A stretch of 63,499 nucleotides of DNA, counting the filler, from Choristocarpus tenellus KU-1152 (Eukaryota; Protista; Phaeophyceae), in assembly GCA_964200185.2 (NCBI GenBank). It is 13 parts of 13 records of this genome, joined end to end, with 100 filler letters (N's around TTAATTAATTAA, not from the genome) between each part and the next. Parts side by side here need not be neighbours in the genome. Positions count along the whole stretch, not along the records: positions 39,056 to 46,659 come from CAXNAD020005885.1; positions 46,760 to 49,684 come from CAXNAD020023616.1; positions 49,785 to 55,122 come from CAXNAD020011102.1; 10 more parts are not named here. One strand, written 5' to 3'. Each line of letters opens with the position of its first letter. Position 1 is the first letter of the stretch. The translations under genes and the position numbers were made by a program. Below the pieces are notes generated by a model. That model did not search any database. It was not told where the DNA came from and was given only the letters and a program-made list of their open reading frames with translations. Below, one piece after another: positions 39,196 to 52,203 of the stretch.

Positions 39196-40816
39196 ATAAT
39201 GGATAACTTTGGGAAGTTTGACACAACTGGACACGCAAGCGCTACCGCCAAGCTGCAGAGTAAGGATGACAAGAAAGCCAACGCTGCAAAGAGACCCTCA
39301 CCTGGGACCAGGGATGGAAGAGGCAGAGGAGGACAGGGTGGACGTGGAGGTGGGCGAGGAGGTGGACGTGGAGGTGGGCGAGGAGGTGGACGTGGAGGTG
39401 GAGGAGGAGGGAGGGGCCGTGACATTGCAGGCAGCAAGTGAGTGCCACCTTGTAGGTTAGGTCAGTATAGGGTTAGGTTTAGGGTTAAGGTGTGGTAAAT
39501 AGTGATAGTCTGGTCTATTAATGAGCAATGGCTGGATTCTGCTTTTGTTTGTTTTGACATTTTTTGATATTTTTTGATGCTTTTTTATGCTTTTTGTAAT
39601 GAGAGATGGAGTGTGTTTCATTTTGTTTGTTTTGATATTTTTTGATGCTTTTTGATGCTTTTTGTAATGAGAGATGGAGTGTGTTTTATTTTGTTTGTTT
39701 TGATGCTTTTTGATGCTTTTTGATGCTTTTTGTAATGAGAGATGGAGTGTGTTTTATTTTGTTTGTTTTGATGATTTTTTTTTTACCATGTTGTACCCTA
39801 ACCCTACGTAGTTGGTATTACTAGAGGGGGCTAGATACTTTTTTGTCAATTGGTTTTCTTATCAAGAATAGCACTCATAGCATAATGGTACAGACTTAGG
39901 GTTAAGGGTTAGGGTTAAGATTAGGATTATGGCTAGTTTTGAGAACCTTGTAAGCACTAGTTTATACTGAGTATTGTATTTTGTAGTATTGTTAACTATC
40001 ATGTCACATGGGTTAGGGTTTTGATTTGGGTTAGGTTAAGGGTTAGTTTTGTTCTGACAAGGTTTGGAGCAATCAATCTCTTATGTCACTTTCCTCCCTC
40101 ATCTATTTTTTTATTTGAACTTTTTATCCAGTCAGCAATTTACAACTTTTTACAATTTTCCTGTCCTCAGGCTGAGCCGGTCCCACAATTATCTGACACA
40201 TCTGGACCATGGTCCTCTAGGGTTAGAACTAGGGTTAGAACTAGGGGTTGAACCAGTCCATGTCCCCCGGTGGTAGTGGGTGTAGCAGTGTGTAGTAATA
40301 GTAGTATAACATTCTGTATCATATCTGGACCAGTTACAGTGATGGATGCAATTATGAGTGTAGTAATAGTAGTGGTAATAGTAGTGGTAATAGTAATAGT
40401 AGTAATAGTAGTAATAGTAGTCTGTCCTAAGTGTTCATGTCGTACGACCACTGCTGTAATATCTGAATCATCTATTTGAATATAGTGTAGCCGGTATACC
40501 ATCACATCTATTTGAAGATTGAAAGTTGTGTGTGTGTGAAGGATGAAGTTGTGACCCTAACCCTAAGGATGTGGATCACGATACAGTGTATTACCCACAC
40601 TATCCTTTCCCAGGTGTTCGTTTGCATGAAATGTATCTATTTTCCAAATGTCTATTGGAACACTACAATTTAGTACTGTAGTAATGTAGTAATTTAGTAC
40701 AGCATTGATTTGTTTCAATGTGGGGCACTATTCTTGTCTGGAACATGTACTGTAGGTGATGATACCACTTCTGTATGTCATACATACTCCACTATATTGT
40801 GATTATTATTATTATG

Positions 40817-40857
<41 letters not shown>

Positions 40858-42985
40858 CTTATTTTTTTTATACTAGCGGTATGTGCACCCGTTTACCAAG
40901 TAGTACTTAATAACAGCCTGCCCCACCTGTATGGGTTGGTACTTCTTGATATAAAGTTATGTCACCAATATGCTAGCTTTGTCTCCTGAAGGGTTAGGGT
41001 TAGGGTTGGAAGTGTATGACACTCACCAATACCAGCATACACTGAATCAATCCTGTACATACATCAACTGCAATACTCCACTTCAATGGTGAGGTATTAC
41101 CATCTACCTCAACCTTGGACGATAAAATCCAACCGATTTTTTAATATTTGTTAGTTAAAACCTATGAAAAAATATGCTGATTAATAATGACAATTCTGTT
41201 CATTTATTACCGACCCAAGCCTCTTTAGTTTGATCTCAATTTCACGATGGTCTTGATATATATTTTTATATTTATTTATATATATATAAATTTGTATACT
41301 GTACTCTCTGTACTCTCTGTTCTCATCCATTTCCCCTTTATAGGAGTCAGTGGCAGTCTTTGATCAAGCTGCTTGAGAAGGATAGCCTCCTTCCGGTGGT
41401 TGTGTTTTCATTCAGCAAGAAAAAGTGTCAAGAGTGTGCAATGGGACTTAGCAGCTTGACCCTCACTGATGCCAAGTGAGTAACACACACACAAAAGAAC
41501 AGTACTAGTAGTGGTACTGGTAGTGGTACTAGCTTTGGTAGTGATAGTGGTACTGGTAGTGGTACTAGTTTTGGTAGTGATAGTGGTACTGGTAGTGGTA
41601 CTAGTTTTGGTAGTGATAGTGGTACTGGTAGTGGTACTAGCTTTGGTAGTAATAGTGGTACTGGTAGTGGTACTAGCTTTGGTAGTAATAGTGGTACTGG
41701 TAGTGGTACTAGCTTTGGTAGTAATAGTGGTACTGGTATTGGTACTAGCTTTGGTAGTAATAGTGGTACTGGTATTGGTACTAGCTTTGGTAGTAATAGT
41801 GGTACTGGTAGTAATAGGGTTATTGTGTTCGGGGTAGGGAGAGGAATGCCAAAGGAAACTATTGTCAACAGATGATGATAGGTATTGTCAATAGATGATG
41901 ATAGGCTTTGACAGATGATGGTATGTTTTGACAGATGATGATATGTTTTGACAGATGATGGTATGTTTTGACAGATGATGGTATGTTTTGACATGTTCCT
42001 TTGCGTATGTGTATTCATTACCATCTTACCATCTTACCATTTTTGTTTATCTTGACCTTGTTTGAATCACTAGTGCCTTCCTGATCTTTAGCACTATTCA
42101 GCCTATCTCTGTCACCTCTCTTAAGGTGAGGGTTAAAATTTCCCTTTGGTGCATCATCTGTTGGAGATGGTGTGTGACTCCTATGGTATATCTGTAGAGG
42201 AGTCTAGCATGCTCGATTGCATTAGGGTTAGGGTTATTTTTTTCTGAGGTTATGGTGTGAATACCAATAGGGTTGGGGTTAGGGTTGAGTGTGCACTAGT
42301 GTGAGATCAAGAACAAACTAGTGAGAGGATATACTGTAGTATGTGCATGTACTGTTTACTTTAGCTGTACTGTGTCTGTTTTGTTGTGTGTGTGATATCC
42401 ATAGGGAGAGGAGTGAAATACACCTCTTTTGTGCTAGTGCTGTCAAGAGGCTTCAGGACCAAGATGCTCAGCTCCCACAGGTAGGTACAATGCACACTGA
42501 TCCTCTCCTTGGTTGGTTTGTGGGTGATACAGAAGCTGCAGATAAGAGTCTGCAAGCACATTAGTACCATGTTGCATACCACCAACCAATACCTGTACCA
42601 CCACATCAAACAACAATATCTCATTTGACCTATCAGTGTGCTGTATTGCCGTTGAGTCAGTCCTTTTCTGCCTCAGCACTCCATTATTTTTTTATGGAGT
42701 CGACCACGCTCTTAATAAGAACACATTATTGTTTATGCTCTTCACAAGAACACATTCTTGTTTGATGCTGTGGTATTGGTACTGGTTGGTGTGTGATGTG
42801 GTACTATTTTCAGTACACACATGACATTTGTGCTTGCAGGCTCTATCCACATACCTGTACCATCAACAGAACCAACAGTACATAGCCCAGAGACATGGTC
42901 AGAGACATGGTCAGAGACATGGTCAGAGACCTGAACTTATCCTTACCATTTCCAAGTCACCATTGATACCTGTTTCAATGCAGAC

Positions 42986-43019
<34 letters not shown>

Positions 43020-45967
43020 GTGTTCTAGGTGCCTCCAGAAGACACCTCACTGACTTGGCTGTTTATTGAACTCTTCAACAGAGTTTTATTAGAATTGCAA
43101 ACTTAATCCTAGTTGGCCACATTGTTGCTGCTCATCATCCCTCGTTCTGTGTCTTAATGTACAATGCTACAGTGCTCTTCAACTTACCTTTCCTTTATCA
43201 CTTGTTTATATTCCAGAGTATTTACCTTTCAATGAGGTCAGATCAATGGGCTAACCTGTTATTCTTTATTGTTTTTCATTAGGGTTAGGGTTAGGGTTAG
43301 AGTTCACTGAAGCTGAGGTTTGACTAGTTGTATTATGTAGTAGTCACTTGTGCCATGCCTTTTCTTCTCTCTTGATTGGCATGCTTGTCTCCAGGTTTTG
43401 GCCCTGACGGAGATGTTGTTGAGGGGCATTGGAGTACATCATGGTGGTCTACTTCCAATACTCAAGGTGGGTACAGTAATGTGCTGAAGCCAAACTATGG
43501 TGATACTATAGTATGTGTGACCTGCAACTTAGGGTTAGGGTTTGACTATAATACTTCATACAGTCTTCATGTTTGTGGATAGTTAAAACATGATTATGAA
43601 TAGTTAAACATGGTGTTATTACCAGATATGGGATTATGGATGACAGATTGATATATTGACATATTGATATGTTGATATATTGATATGTTGATATATTGTT
43701 ATATGAATTGGTGACAAGAGGTGGATGCGTGAAGATAGATAAATAACCTGCCAAGAGAGCTCTTATTGGCTCGAAATGTTTTGTGTTGGGCTTGCATGGA
43801 ATAGTTTGAATAGTTTGAAAGGGCAGGTATGACACACTTGTCAATGTGTCATAATAGTCTTGATAATAGTCTTGATAATAGTCTTAATAATAGTCTTGAT
43901 AATAGTCTTAATAATAGTCTTGATAATAGTCTTGATAATAGTCTTGATAATAGTCTTGATAATAGTCTTAGTAGTCTTGATAATAGTCTTGTAATAGTCT
44001 TGATAATAGTCTTAATAATAGTCTTGATAATGATACCTTACTCTTGTTGCTGTTGATAATACCATGATTATATAACCTTCCTCCCAACTCTAGCCCTAAC
44101 CCTAAAACCCTCCACACTGTTTTAGCCCCAACATCAGCTGTAGTGCTGATGTAACATTTTGACATTAATACAAAATACTACTGTTAATTAATACAGCACT
44201 GGCCTTTCAAATTCGACCAATAGCACAACCTTAGTATTGACAATATCGTTATTACTATACTAGGAATGGTTCTTTGGTGTCCCCTAACCTGAATGCTTAA
44301 CCTCACACTTTTTCCTAATAATAATAATAATAATAATAATGATTCAATCATTCACAATTATTTAGAACTACTCACCACCTCTACAAAAGTAGTCCCCCTC
44401 ACCACAACCACTCTTAGTGATGTTGACTGAGGATACATGATGCAATGTGATCTTTCCCTAACCCTAAGGTCAGACTTGCATAGAAAGGCAGGTTTTACTA
44501 ACCCTAACCTTATGTGTGATGCAATGTAATCTTTCCCTAACCCTAAGGTCAGACTTGCGTAGAAAGGCAGGTTTTACTAACCCTAACCCTAACCCTAACC
44601 CTAACCTTAGTTTTGTGACACACCACTGCTTACCACCTGCAAGGAGGTTTCAGTGTTTTTCGAGTGTGTTTTGAATGTTTGTCATTGGCAGTCTTGTTCT
44701 GTACACAGGAAATAGTTGAGATCTGCTTACCATCTGCAAGGAGGTTTCAGTGTTTTTGGAGTGTGTTTTGAATGTTTGTCATTGGTGGTCTTGTTCTGTA
44801 CACAGGAAATAGTTGAGATCTGCTTCAGTCGTGGGCTAGTTAAGGTGCTATTTGCAACGGAGACATTTGCCATGGGGGTGAACATGCCTGCCAGGACTGT
44901 TGTCTTCAACGGGACTCGCAAACATGATGGTGTCAACTTCAGGCAAGAAAGACTAAAACGGTAAAATATACTAACCCTAACCCTAACACTAACCCTAATC
45001 AGTAAATATCCCTATGCTACAAGCACAGTGCACTCTGTGTACTACAAATGAACCCTAACCCTTGATTGTATGAAGATATATATATATATTATGTTGATAC
45101 TAGATAGATGATTGATTGATCTAGACAAAGATTAATTGATCTAGACATATAACCTGACAATCGCAAATAGCAGTGTAGCACATTCCACTCAACTGCAACA
45201 ATATAACAGAGTGTTAATTAATGTTCTACTTGGATCAAGGCATGATTCATTATTGGTATTATGACATGTTTGAGTTAGGGTTAGGGGTGTGATGTGTATC
45301 ACATGTGGATACTGTGTTGTACTTACAGCTTTGATACCTTATTGCAGCTTGTAAGTTATTACATATTTGATCCTAATTGAAGCCTCAAAAAGGATTAACC
45401 TGTTGACTTATTGAGGTACTTGTTAAGGGTATGCCCTGTATAATTCTCTGTTCATTTTATTGATTGTTTCAAAGTATGTTCTTGTTGTGGTGTGTGTTTG
45501 ATAGAATTTGATAGAAGAAGAAATGATTTGAAATCTGAAAAACCCTAATCCTAATCCTAATCACATGTCACACAAAGGAAACACAGAGAAAAAAAATATC
45601 TAAAGAGGGACACAACAAGGCACAATGACTCAAAAATGAGAAATGCAATGAGAAAGCATCATTCAGCAGACAGTGATCATGGTAGTGGTAGTGGTAGTGG
45701 TTGCATAGGCTGCCGTACATACTGCTTTAGCATGTGGTACATGAGGTATCACAGGTTCCTTGGAATGGCAGTCTGATATCAGAGTCTTTGTACCTTGATC
45801 CACACCCTTAGGATTGATTCATTCCTATTGTTGTACCACTCAATAGGGATCTACTCCCAGGGGAATACACTCAGATGGCTGGACGTGCAGGGAGGCGAGG
45901 TCTAGACAAAGTGGGTACAGTCATTATCACTTGCTGGAGTGAACCACCAAACCTTGCAAACCTTAGG
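39196..45967 (+). CDS. SKI2: SKI2-like DExH RNA helicase, internal exons 39196-39437, 41344-41475, 42405-42480, 43395-43466, 44806-44942, 45847-45967
   Basis: Phase-consistent splicing gives an RG-rich insert, [70 protein letters not shown], and [26 protein letters not shown]. The RG loop, KHDG and AMGVNMPAR favour SKI2 over MTR4. Confidence 0.93.
39545..39775. repeat. ~65-bp intronic tandem repeat, about 3 copies
   Basis: TTTTTGTAATGAGAGATGGAGTGTGTTT occurs three times. Confidence 0.85.
41501..41815. repeat. 36-bp minisatellite, about 8 copies
   Basis: Unit AGTGGTACTGGTAGTGGTACTAGCTTTGGTAGT(G/A)AT. Confidence 0.95.
41866..41993. repeat. 21-bp minisatellite
   Basis: Unit TGACAGATGATGGTATGTTTT. 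Confidence 0.9.
43851..44030. repeat. 12-bp minisatellite
   Basis: Unit ATAATAGTCTT(G/A). Confidence 0.95.
44627..44825 (+). repeat. 97-bp tandem duplication spanning a SKI2 splice acceptor
   Basis: CTGCTTACCA...GTACACAG|GAAATAGTTGAGAT is present twice, giving acceptors at 44708 and 44805. Confidence 0.92.
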
Positions 45968-46124
45968 GTGAGTTGGTTAAGTTCTTCCAGATGTGAAACT
46001 GGTGCAAATGAAGGACTGATGTTCCTATCAAATAAGGTTAGGGTTAGGTTTAGGGTGTAGACACATGGTTGGGTAGTTTTGAAGTACTGGAAATATTTTT
46101 TTCTTTTTTTTGCTCTCCATTCTG

Positions 46125-46350
46125 ATGGTACTACAAAGTATAATCATGGTACTACAAAGTGTAATCATGGTACTACAAAGTATAATCATGGTACTACAAA
46201 CTGTAATCATGGTACTATAAACTGTAATCACGGTACTACAAACTGTAATCATGGTACTATAAACTGTAATCATGATACTACAAAGTGTAATCATGGTACT
46301 ACAAACTGTAATCATGGTACTATAAAGTGTAATCATGGTATTACAAAGTT
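46125..46350. repeat. 21-bp minisatellite, about 10 copies
   Basis: Unit ATGGTACTACAAAGTGTAATC. Confidence 0.95.
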
Positions 46351-47199
46351 TAATTTTTTCCCTGTCAAGTATTTTTAGTATATATTTTGTTGTAGTTGAA
46401 GTGTGTGTGTCCCAGGAGAAGAAATGTGTTATTTGTCCTAAATGCCATGCAACATATACTATAATGTCAGACCCAAACTATCTAGGGAGGGGGGGGGTCT
46501 ACACCAGAGTGTTCATTTGAACCAAAACCAGGAAAAGTGCACTTTCATTGTCCATCCAACGTATGGAACCAAATCACACAAAATCGCGACATGAAAAAAT
46601 TGGCTCCAAATTGACAGCGCCACTGCGCCAGGAAAATCGCCGGTCCTTTGATCGTCTTCNNNNNNNNNNNNNNNNNNNNNNNNNNNNNNNNNNNNNNNNN
46701 NNNTTAATTAATTAANNNNNNNNNNNNNNNNNNNNNNNNNNNNNNNNNNNNNNNNNNNNAGGATGAGGAGTGACATTATATATCCTTGTCCAATCGCCTG
46801 TTTATCGCATTGAAGCAGTTATGCTTCATGCTAGGGGGCATGTGACTGGCGATATGTCTTGATGGCGGTTTCATAAACACCATTAGGACATTGAAGTTCT
46901 AGATTTTATATATTTGTACTTCTTGACTATTTATTATTATTTAGTCATTACGGTCCTTGATTGTGATAAGACATCGTTGATCAGTTCCCTTTTATACAAT
47001 GATATTGATGATAATCCAAGTGAGAGATCCAGCACACTTGATGACTTGTGCATCAGGAGTCCTATACGTACATCAGTATCATCTATAAGACCGTAGATTG
47101 GAGCTGTACATCCTGTGGAGGTGAGCTCTGAGGGGCGCCTGTAACACTACAACATGTTCTGTGATACCTAGCGGGCACCACGAAAGTAGGGATACACTA

Positions 47200-47870
47200 T
47201 CCTGCTGGTGGCAAAATGGGCAATGGGGGCCTGGTCGGGTATGGAGACTCAGACTGGGGCAATGACACTGCATCAAGGCGGAGGGCGACAGGGTATCTGG
47301 CCCAGAATATGTGGAGGGGGGTGGCGACTGTCCATTTGGGGTCAATTTTTTCATGTCGTGATTTTTGGGTGATTTCGTTGCACACTTTGCATGGATAATG
47401 TAAATGAACTTTTCCTGGTTTTTGGCCCAAATGACACCCTGTTGTAGAACTCCCCCCCCCCAGATACTTTGGGTCATCTGATACTCATGAATTGAGCACC
47501 AATTGCATGGAAATCCGAGATGCAAAGAGCTGTAACCACATCTTCATCAGAGGCAGAATGGACAGCGATGATGCATGGAATGAGGCATTCAATATTCCTC
47601 AGAGGCATCCTGGGGGAGCTGGGCATATTCAAAGAGGTCACGGTTTGGTATGGAGACAATCGAGGTGCGATCCAAGCAGCAATAACTGAAGGCTTCAACG
47701 GAAGAACAAGACATGTCGACATCAAGCGGAAATGCACCAGGGAGTATGTCAATAAATTATTTTTTAGAGTGAAGTATATACCCACAACACTGCAACTAGC
47801 ACACATCTTGACCAAAAGATTACGCAAGAAGCAGGTAGAAGACTTTGTAGACACTGTGTTGACTAGATGA
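47200..47870 (+). pseudogene. Ty1/Copia RT-RNase H 3' end, interrupted by a MITE
   Basis: LVGYGDSDWGND...RRATGYL[MITE]ILMN*APIAWKSEMQRAVTTSSSEAEW...YGDNRGAI...RTRHVDIK...YIPTTLQLAHILTK. Confidence 0.92.
47299..47475. mobile_element. MITE subfamily A1 inserted in Copia pol
   Basis: 4-bp TSD ATCT. Removing the element plus one TSD restores the Copia reading frame. Confidence 0.92.
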
Positions 47871-48071
47871 ATGTCGTCTGTTAAAATGAAGTAACCTGCG
47901 TTCTTTTACCGAGTTGACAAGTAAATGTGATGTGTGTGGGAATTGAACCAATCTGACGTCTTTTACCTCCATTTTCATGGAAAGTGTGCAGAATGGGGAG
48001 TGTACACAATAAGATGTTTTAGGTTTGAGAGTTCCAGCAACTCTTTCATTGCCTGCACTCTCATGGGGGAG

Positions 48072-48400
48072 TGTGCCAAATAGGACAATAGTGAGGTGTA
48101 CGTTATTTTGGGTATATGAGATTATTGTGTTGAATTGAGTCCATGTGATGTAACTAATGAGATAGTACATCCGGATTATGTATGGGTATTTATTCCGCAT
48201 TCAACTACTTTGACATAACCGTCGACTTAGGTAGGAAGCACAAATAATAATAAACAAGCAATAAGAAGACACCTCACAAAGGTCACTCTTCTAATTTCAA
48301 TAATTCTTTTCACGTTCAGCAAAGGGGGTTGTGTGAGGCTTCGCACCTTCTTGTCTTCACTACTTATAAATAGCATTTCCTCTAAAGGTAAATTTGCACA
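48072..48400 (+). mobile_element. Copia 3' LTR
   Basis: Follows a polypurine tract GGGGGAG (48065-48071) downstream of RNase H. TG...CA termini. Homologous to the solo LTR at 34260-34562. Confidence 0.85.
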
Positions 48401-51400
48401 GTAAGTACTGTGGGAGCTTTTTTCAAGGTGATGCCACAAAAATAATACAACAATATATACACCAAACTGGGGGCTTATGACAAGAGGTTTTGAACGAACC
48501 TATGCATGAATGTACAAGCTTCCGTGAACGGGACCTATGCCCCAATCAAATGATAGCAAAGTGCGGAGGAACGTGTGCAGCGCAGCTTTGATGGTTACAA
48601 CTTGAAAAGGTACAATAATGAAGTGGTTCACTGAACTCCCTCCTAAAAAATAATAATGCGAGTTAGACCGCTGGTCTAATATGACGTGTGTGGCATTATT
48701 GAAAAAGAAAAGCAAGATTTGCTGACATCTTTCAGCGCCATGTGCAGACAGGCTGTGAGCGCACACACGGGTGACATGCATAGCAACATGAACCACAATG
48801 GTGAGACAAGGAGAGCCGCCGAGGCCACTCTGCCCCCTGGATCTATCCTCTGTACCTTCTCTGTCGAGAGGCAACAGAAGAACAAGTACCGTGTATCACT
48901 CAGTGCAATGTTAGGTGACGAGAAAATGCGTGTATTGTGGCGCAGCAGCATGATCAAACCGCGCAATGGACCACGTGGGCGCAACACTGACACTGAGAGA
49001 AGATGCATGGAAAGCATTACCACACAAACGTGGTTGTATCTTGGACCGCTGCGGAGCACTGCTCCTCCATCTCTGCGGGCTCATGAAAGCAGGAAGAGAG
49101 TGGCGAGTCCATCACCAGATGCTACAGGGACGAAGTCTGTGGGGAAGCCTGGTCACGGAGGGTGAAGGGAGAACTAGGGTGGCCGGCCGAAGGGAAGGTT
49201 GGGGAAGAGAGCAGTGTGACTGCGTGCCATTGCGCTCAGTAAACGCCTTACAAGCGAAATCCTGGCTGTAGAATATATTCGTAGTCGTCAGTTGCAGGAG
49301 GCCCTGGGTGTTTGGAAGCTATGCAAGCTGGAGTGACTCAAGGAAAGGAGAAAGAAAGTGTTAGGGTTAGAGTAGAAAGGCTCTGAAGCCTGAAAGAAGG
49401 TCAAAAGGGCTTGCAAGACAGAGGACAAAGCAATCATAGGATGCGCAACACACGTTGAGAGGAGTTTTGGCCCTGCCAGGAATAAGCCCTAAAGAAATCA
49501 AATATTGCACAACTATGAGAAACACTCATCTGTTTGCTATTTTACTACTATGTTGTACCACTGCCTTCCTGTGCCTCCAATCTACCTATTCCTGTACCCC
49601 AGGGTGAGGAGGGTCAAAGTATCTGGGGGGGGGGGTGGTTTGTGAGGGGGCGTCCGTTTCGGTCGAACAACTCTTTTTTTTGCTNNNNNNNNNNNNNNNN
49701 NNNNNNNNNNNNNNNNNNNNNNNNNNNNTTAATTAATTAANNNNNNNNNNNNNNNNNNNNNNNNNNNNNNNNNNNNNNNNNNNNGATGCATTGCCCAGAG
49801 AGAGGGAGGGGGCGGAATGGGGGGGGTGTTGTGGGGGGAGGGGGCTTATGACTTCTTAGGATCACGTTGCAACCACAGCAGTTGAAAGCTTACCTGGTTG
49901 TTCTAACACATCTCTACAGAATCTATCTCTGTATCCATGCTGAAATTCTCGCCACTGTTGCAAAATGTCAGGCATGATGGAGCCCCAGCCCAACAAACGA
50001 AAGCCAGACCACAACCCACCAAAGAAGAGGCCCCCACAGTGTAGACTTTGATTGATCCTTGTTCAATTACGCACCAGACTCAACCTTAGCTTTTCATAAC
50101 CAAGCATCAAGTGATCATCAAGGGCCTCAAGACCCTGACCCCCGCCCCCCCCCAAAAAAAAAAAGAAAAAAGAAAAAAAGGAATATGTCGACAGCAACAA
50201 CAACTGGCTTGTATCACTCATAAAACTGACCTTCCATTCAGTCAGAACTTTCTAGCCGCCCCCCTCACCTCAAAGAACTTTCCTTCATCCTCCAACCTGA
50301 TCTATACAACCGGCAAATGAACTAAGATCAGTGTTTTCGTCCCGTATCAATTCCGTAACATAACTCGTCGTGAGGAATCATCAGCGGAAAATGTCAAAGC
50401 CCTCAAAACTCAGGGGAGGCTCAACACCCACGGACAGGAACATGTCAAAGTTGGATGAACCTCACAAGCACCACTTGCCCTATAACTCTTTGTGGAAAAT
50501 CTCGGCGATGGAGATTGTGTCGGTTTGTTGAAAATAAAAATAAAAATGAGATAGATCGTAATAAAAACATTTAAATTCGTTGAGTAATGTAGAACAACAC
50601 AAATGTGTGCGTACGCACACTGTGCGGCTCGCTCTCGAACTTCCCCTCACAGGCACCTCGTCTCTCACAGCCTTAGTGCTCACCCCCTCGATTGAATCTA
50701 GTAAAAGTCAATTTCTTATCATTGGGCCGATACCCTGGGATTCGCATCACTACGAGCTTTACCCCTGCAATTTCTGGGTTCCCAAGGAATAGAGGGTATG
50801 TCTTCAATGTAACCAAAAATATTTGAAGCGAAGGTTTAACTTTGGACGGGAGGGTATTACATGTTAAGGCGTTTCTGTACAAGAGAGAGATATTAAAAAA
50901 AATCTTCATTAAAAAGAACATACGGTGTTGTGATCCGCGAATAAAAAATAAAAAATAAATCGGTTATAGAACAAACAAGTAACTGAACTGGATTAAAAAC
51001 AAACAACAACAACTATTCGTGTTATAAATGTTTGCTCTCATTCGTTCGTTTCATTCTTTCGCTCACAAATGCACACAGAAGTGTAACTGAACATCTTGCA
51101 GGTCACAGGATCGACAAACCTAGTGCTTTTGGTGCCAAAGTGGGGTCACTGAACACAACTCACTGCACATTTGTGGCTTCGGATCTGCCTGGGATATGTA
51201 GAAGATTTGTATTTTTTTTTGTTTACCATACATGTTGAGAGTTCTCAATCGAATCGATCAAATTTGTTCTAGCCAATCAAATTCCAATCTCATATATTTT
51301 TTGGTTATTTATGACATCAGAAATGTAGGAAAGATCGTCCCAGTCTTGCTTGCTCTTGGAGGTTGGTGTTAGGGCGAGGGGTTCTGCTCACCGTGGAAAT

Positions 51401-52203
51401 TTCTCCACATTATAACTTCAGCAGTATCCTTTCAAACTGTTAAACCATCTCACCAATCAAAACATTTTTCCATGACGGATGTAACCATTTTTTTCTATGT
51501 TCCTGTTCTCTGCCCAAGGGTTAAGGCCAGCGTGCTGCGTGGTGTACAATTGAACGACGCAGGCAAGGCTCTGCGCTGGTCAAATTCTGTAGTTTTTACT
51601 AAGGTGGAACTTAACACAAAGAGGAATATGTCTCCGTGCCTCTATCTCCAAGCTGTACCTCTATAAGATGATATGAACAGCTCTTCGGGCAAATCTGAAA
51701 CATAGATCAGTGCTGAGCACTGCACTACAAGATGGTTAGTGCGATTCTATTTGCACAAGTGATTCGCAGAAACGGAAAAGCCAATGTTCTCGATGGATGA
51801 CACACGGATTTCATGTCCTACTTGGGATTTCGTTCTCGGGATTGGATGTTTCGCAGGGGATTTTCCTTGCAATTGAGATGGAAACGTGGAGGAAAGGTGT
51901 ATACATGCAAAAAATATTTGTGCTGACAGACAAAATGAGGGTTGGCAACTGATTGGTAACACCAAAGTGTGGTGCTTAAGGAAGTACTATCTACATGAGC
52001 TCAGCTTGTAGTCAGGGAAAAGTCTGACAGCCGTAATAGGAGCGACCTATAGAGCATAGCTGCTATGTTAAACATGAGGTTCGTTCTGGAATGAAGGTTC
52101 TGAGGTGCACAGGTCGATACAAAGTCGAGGACCTTTATCTGGAAGAGTACAACGGGTATGCCAGGCGTTCCCCTTAAAACTAGTCGGGGGATTCACAACT
52201 CAC

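Noticed and set aside
39159-39460. Proline-rich or VEVGEE-repeat ORFs
   Set aside because: Alternative frames of the SKI2 RGG-rich exon.
41428-42024. 198-aa [10 protein letters not shown] repeat ORF and its Val-rich antisense ORF
   Set aside because: A by-product of the 36-bp intronic minisatellite, whose unit is a multiple of 3.
46028-46378. Cys/His-repeat ORF (NHGTTKC)n, or a CRISPR-like array
   Set aside because: A 21-bp tandem minisatellite without unique spacers. Eukaryotic context and no cas genes.
48500-49271. Cluster of 100-160-aa ORFs on both strands
   Set aside because: No motif or consistent splice structure that I could recognise.
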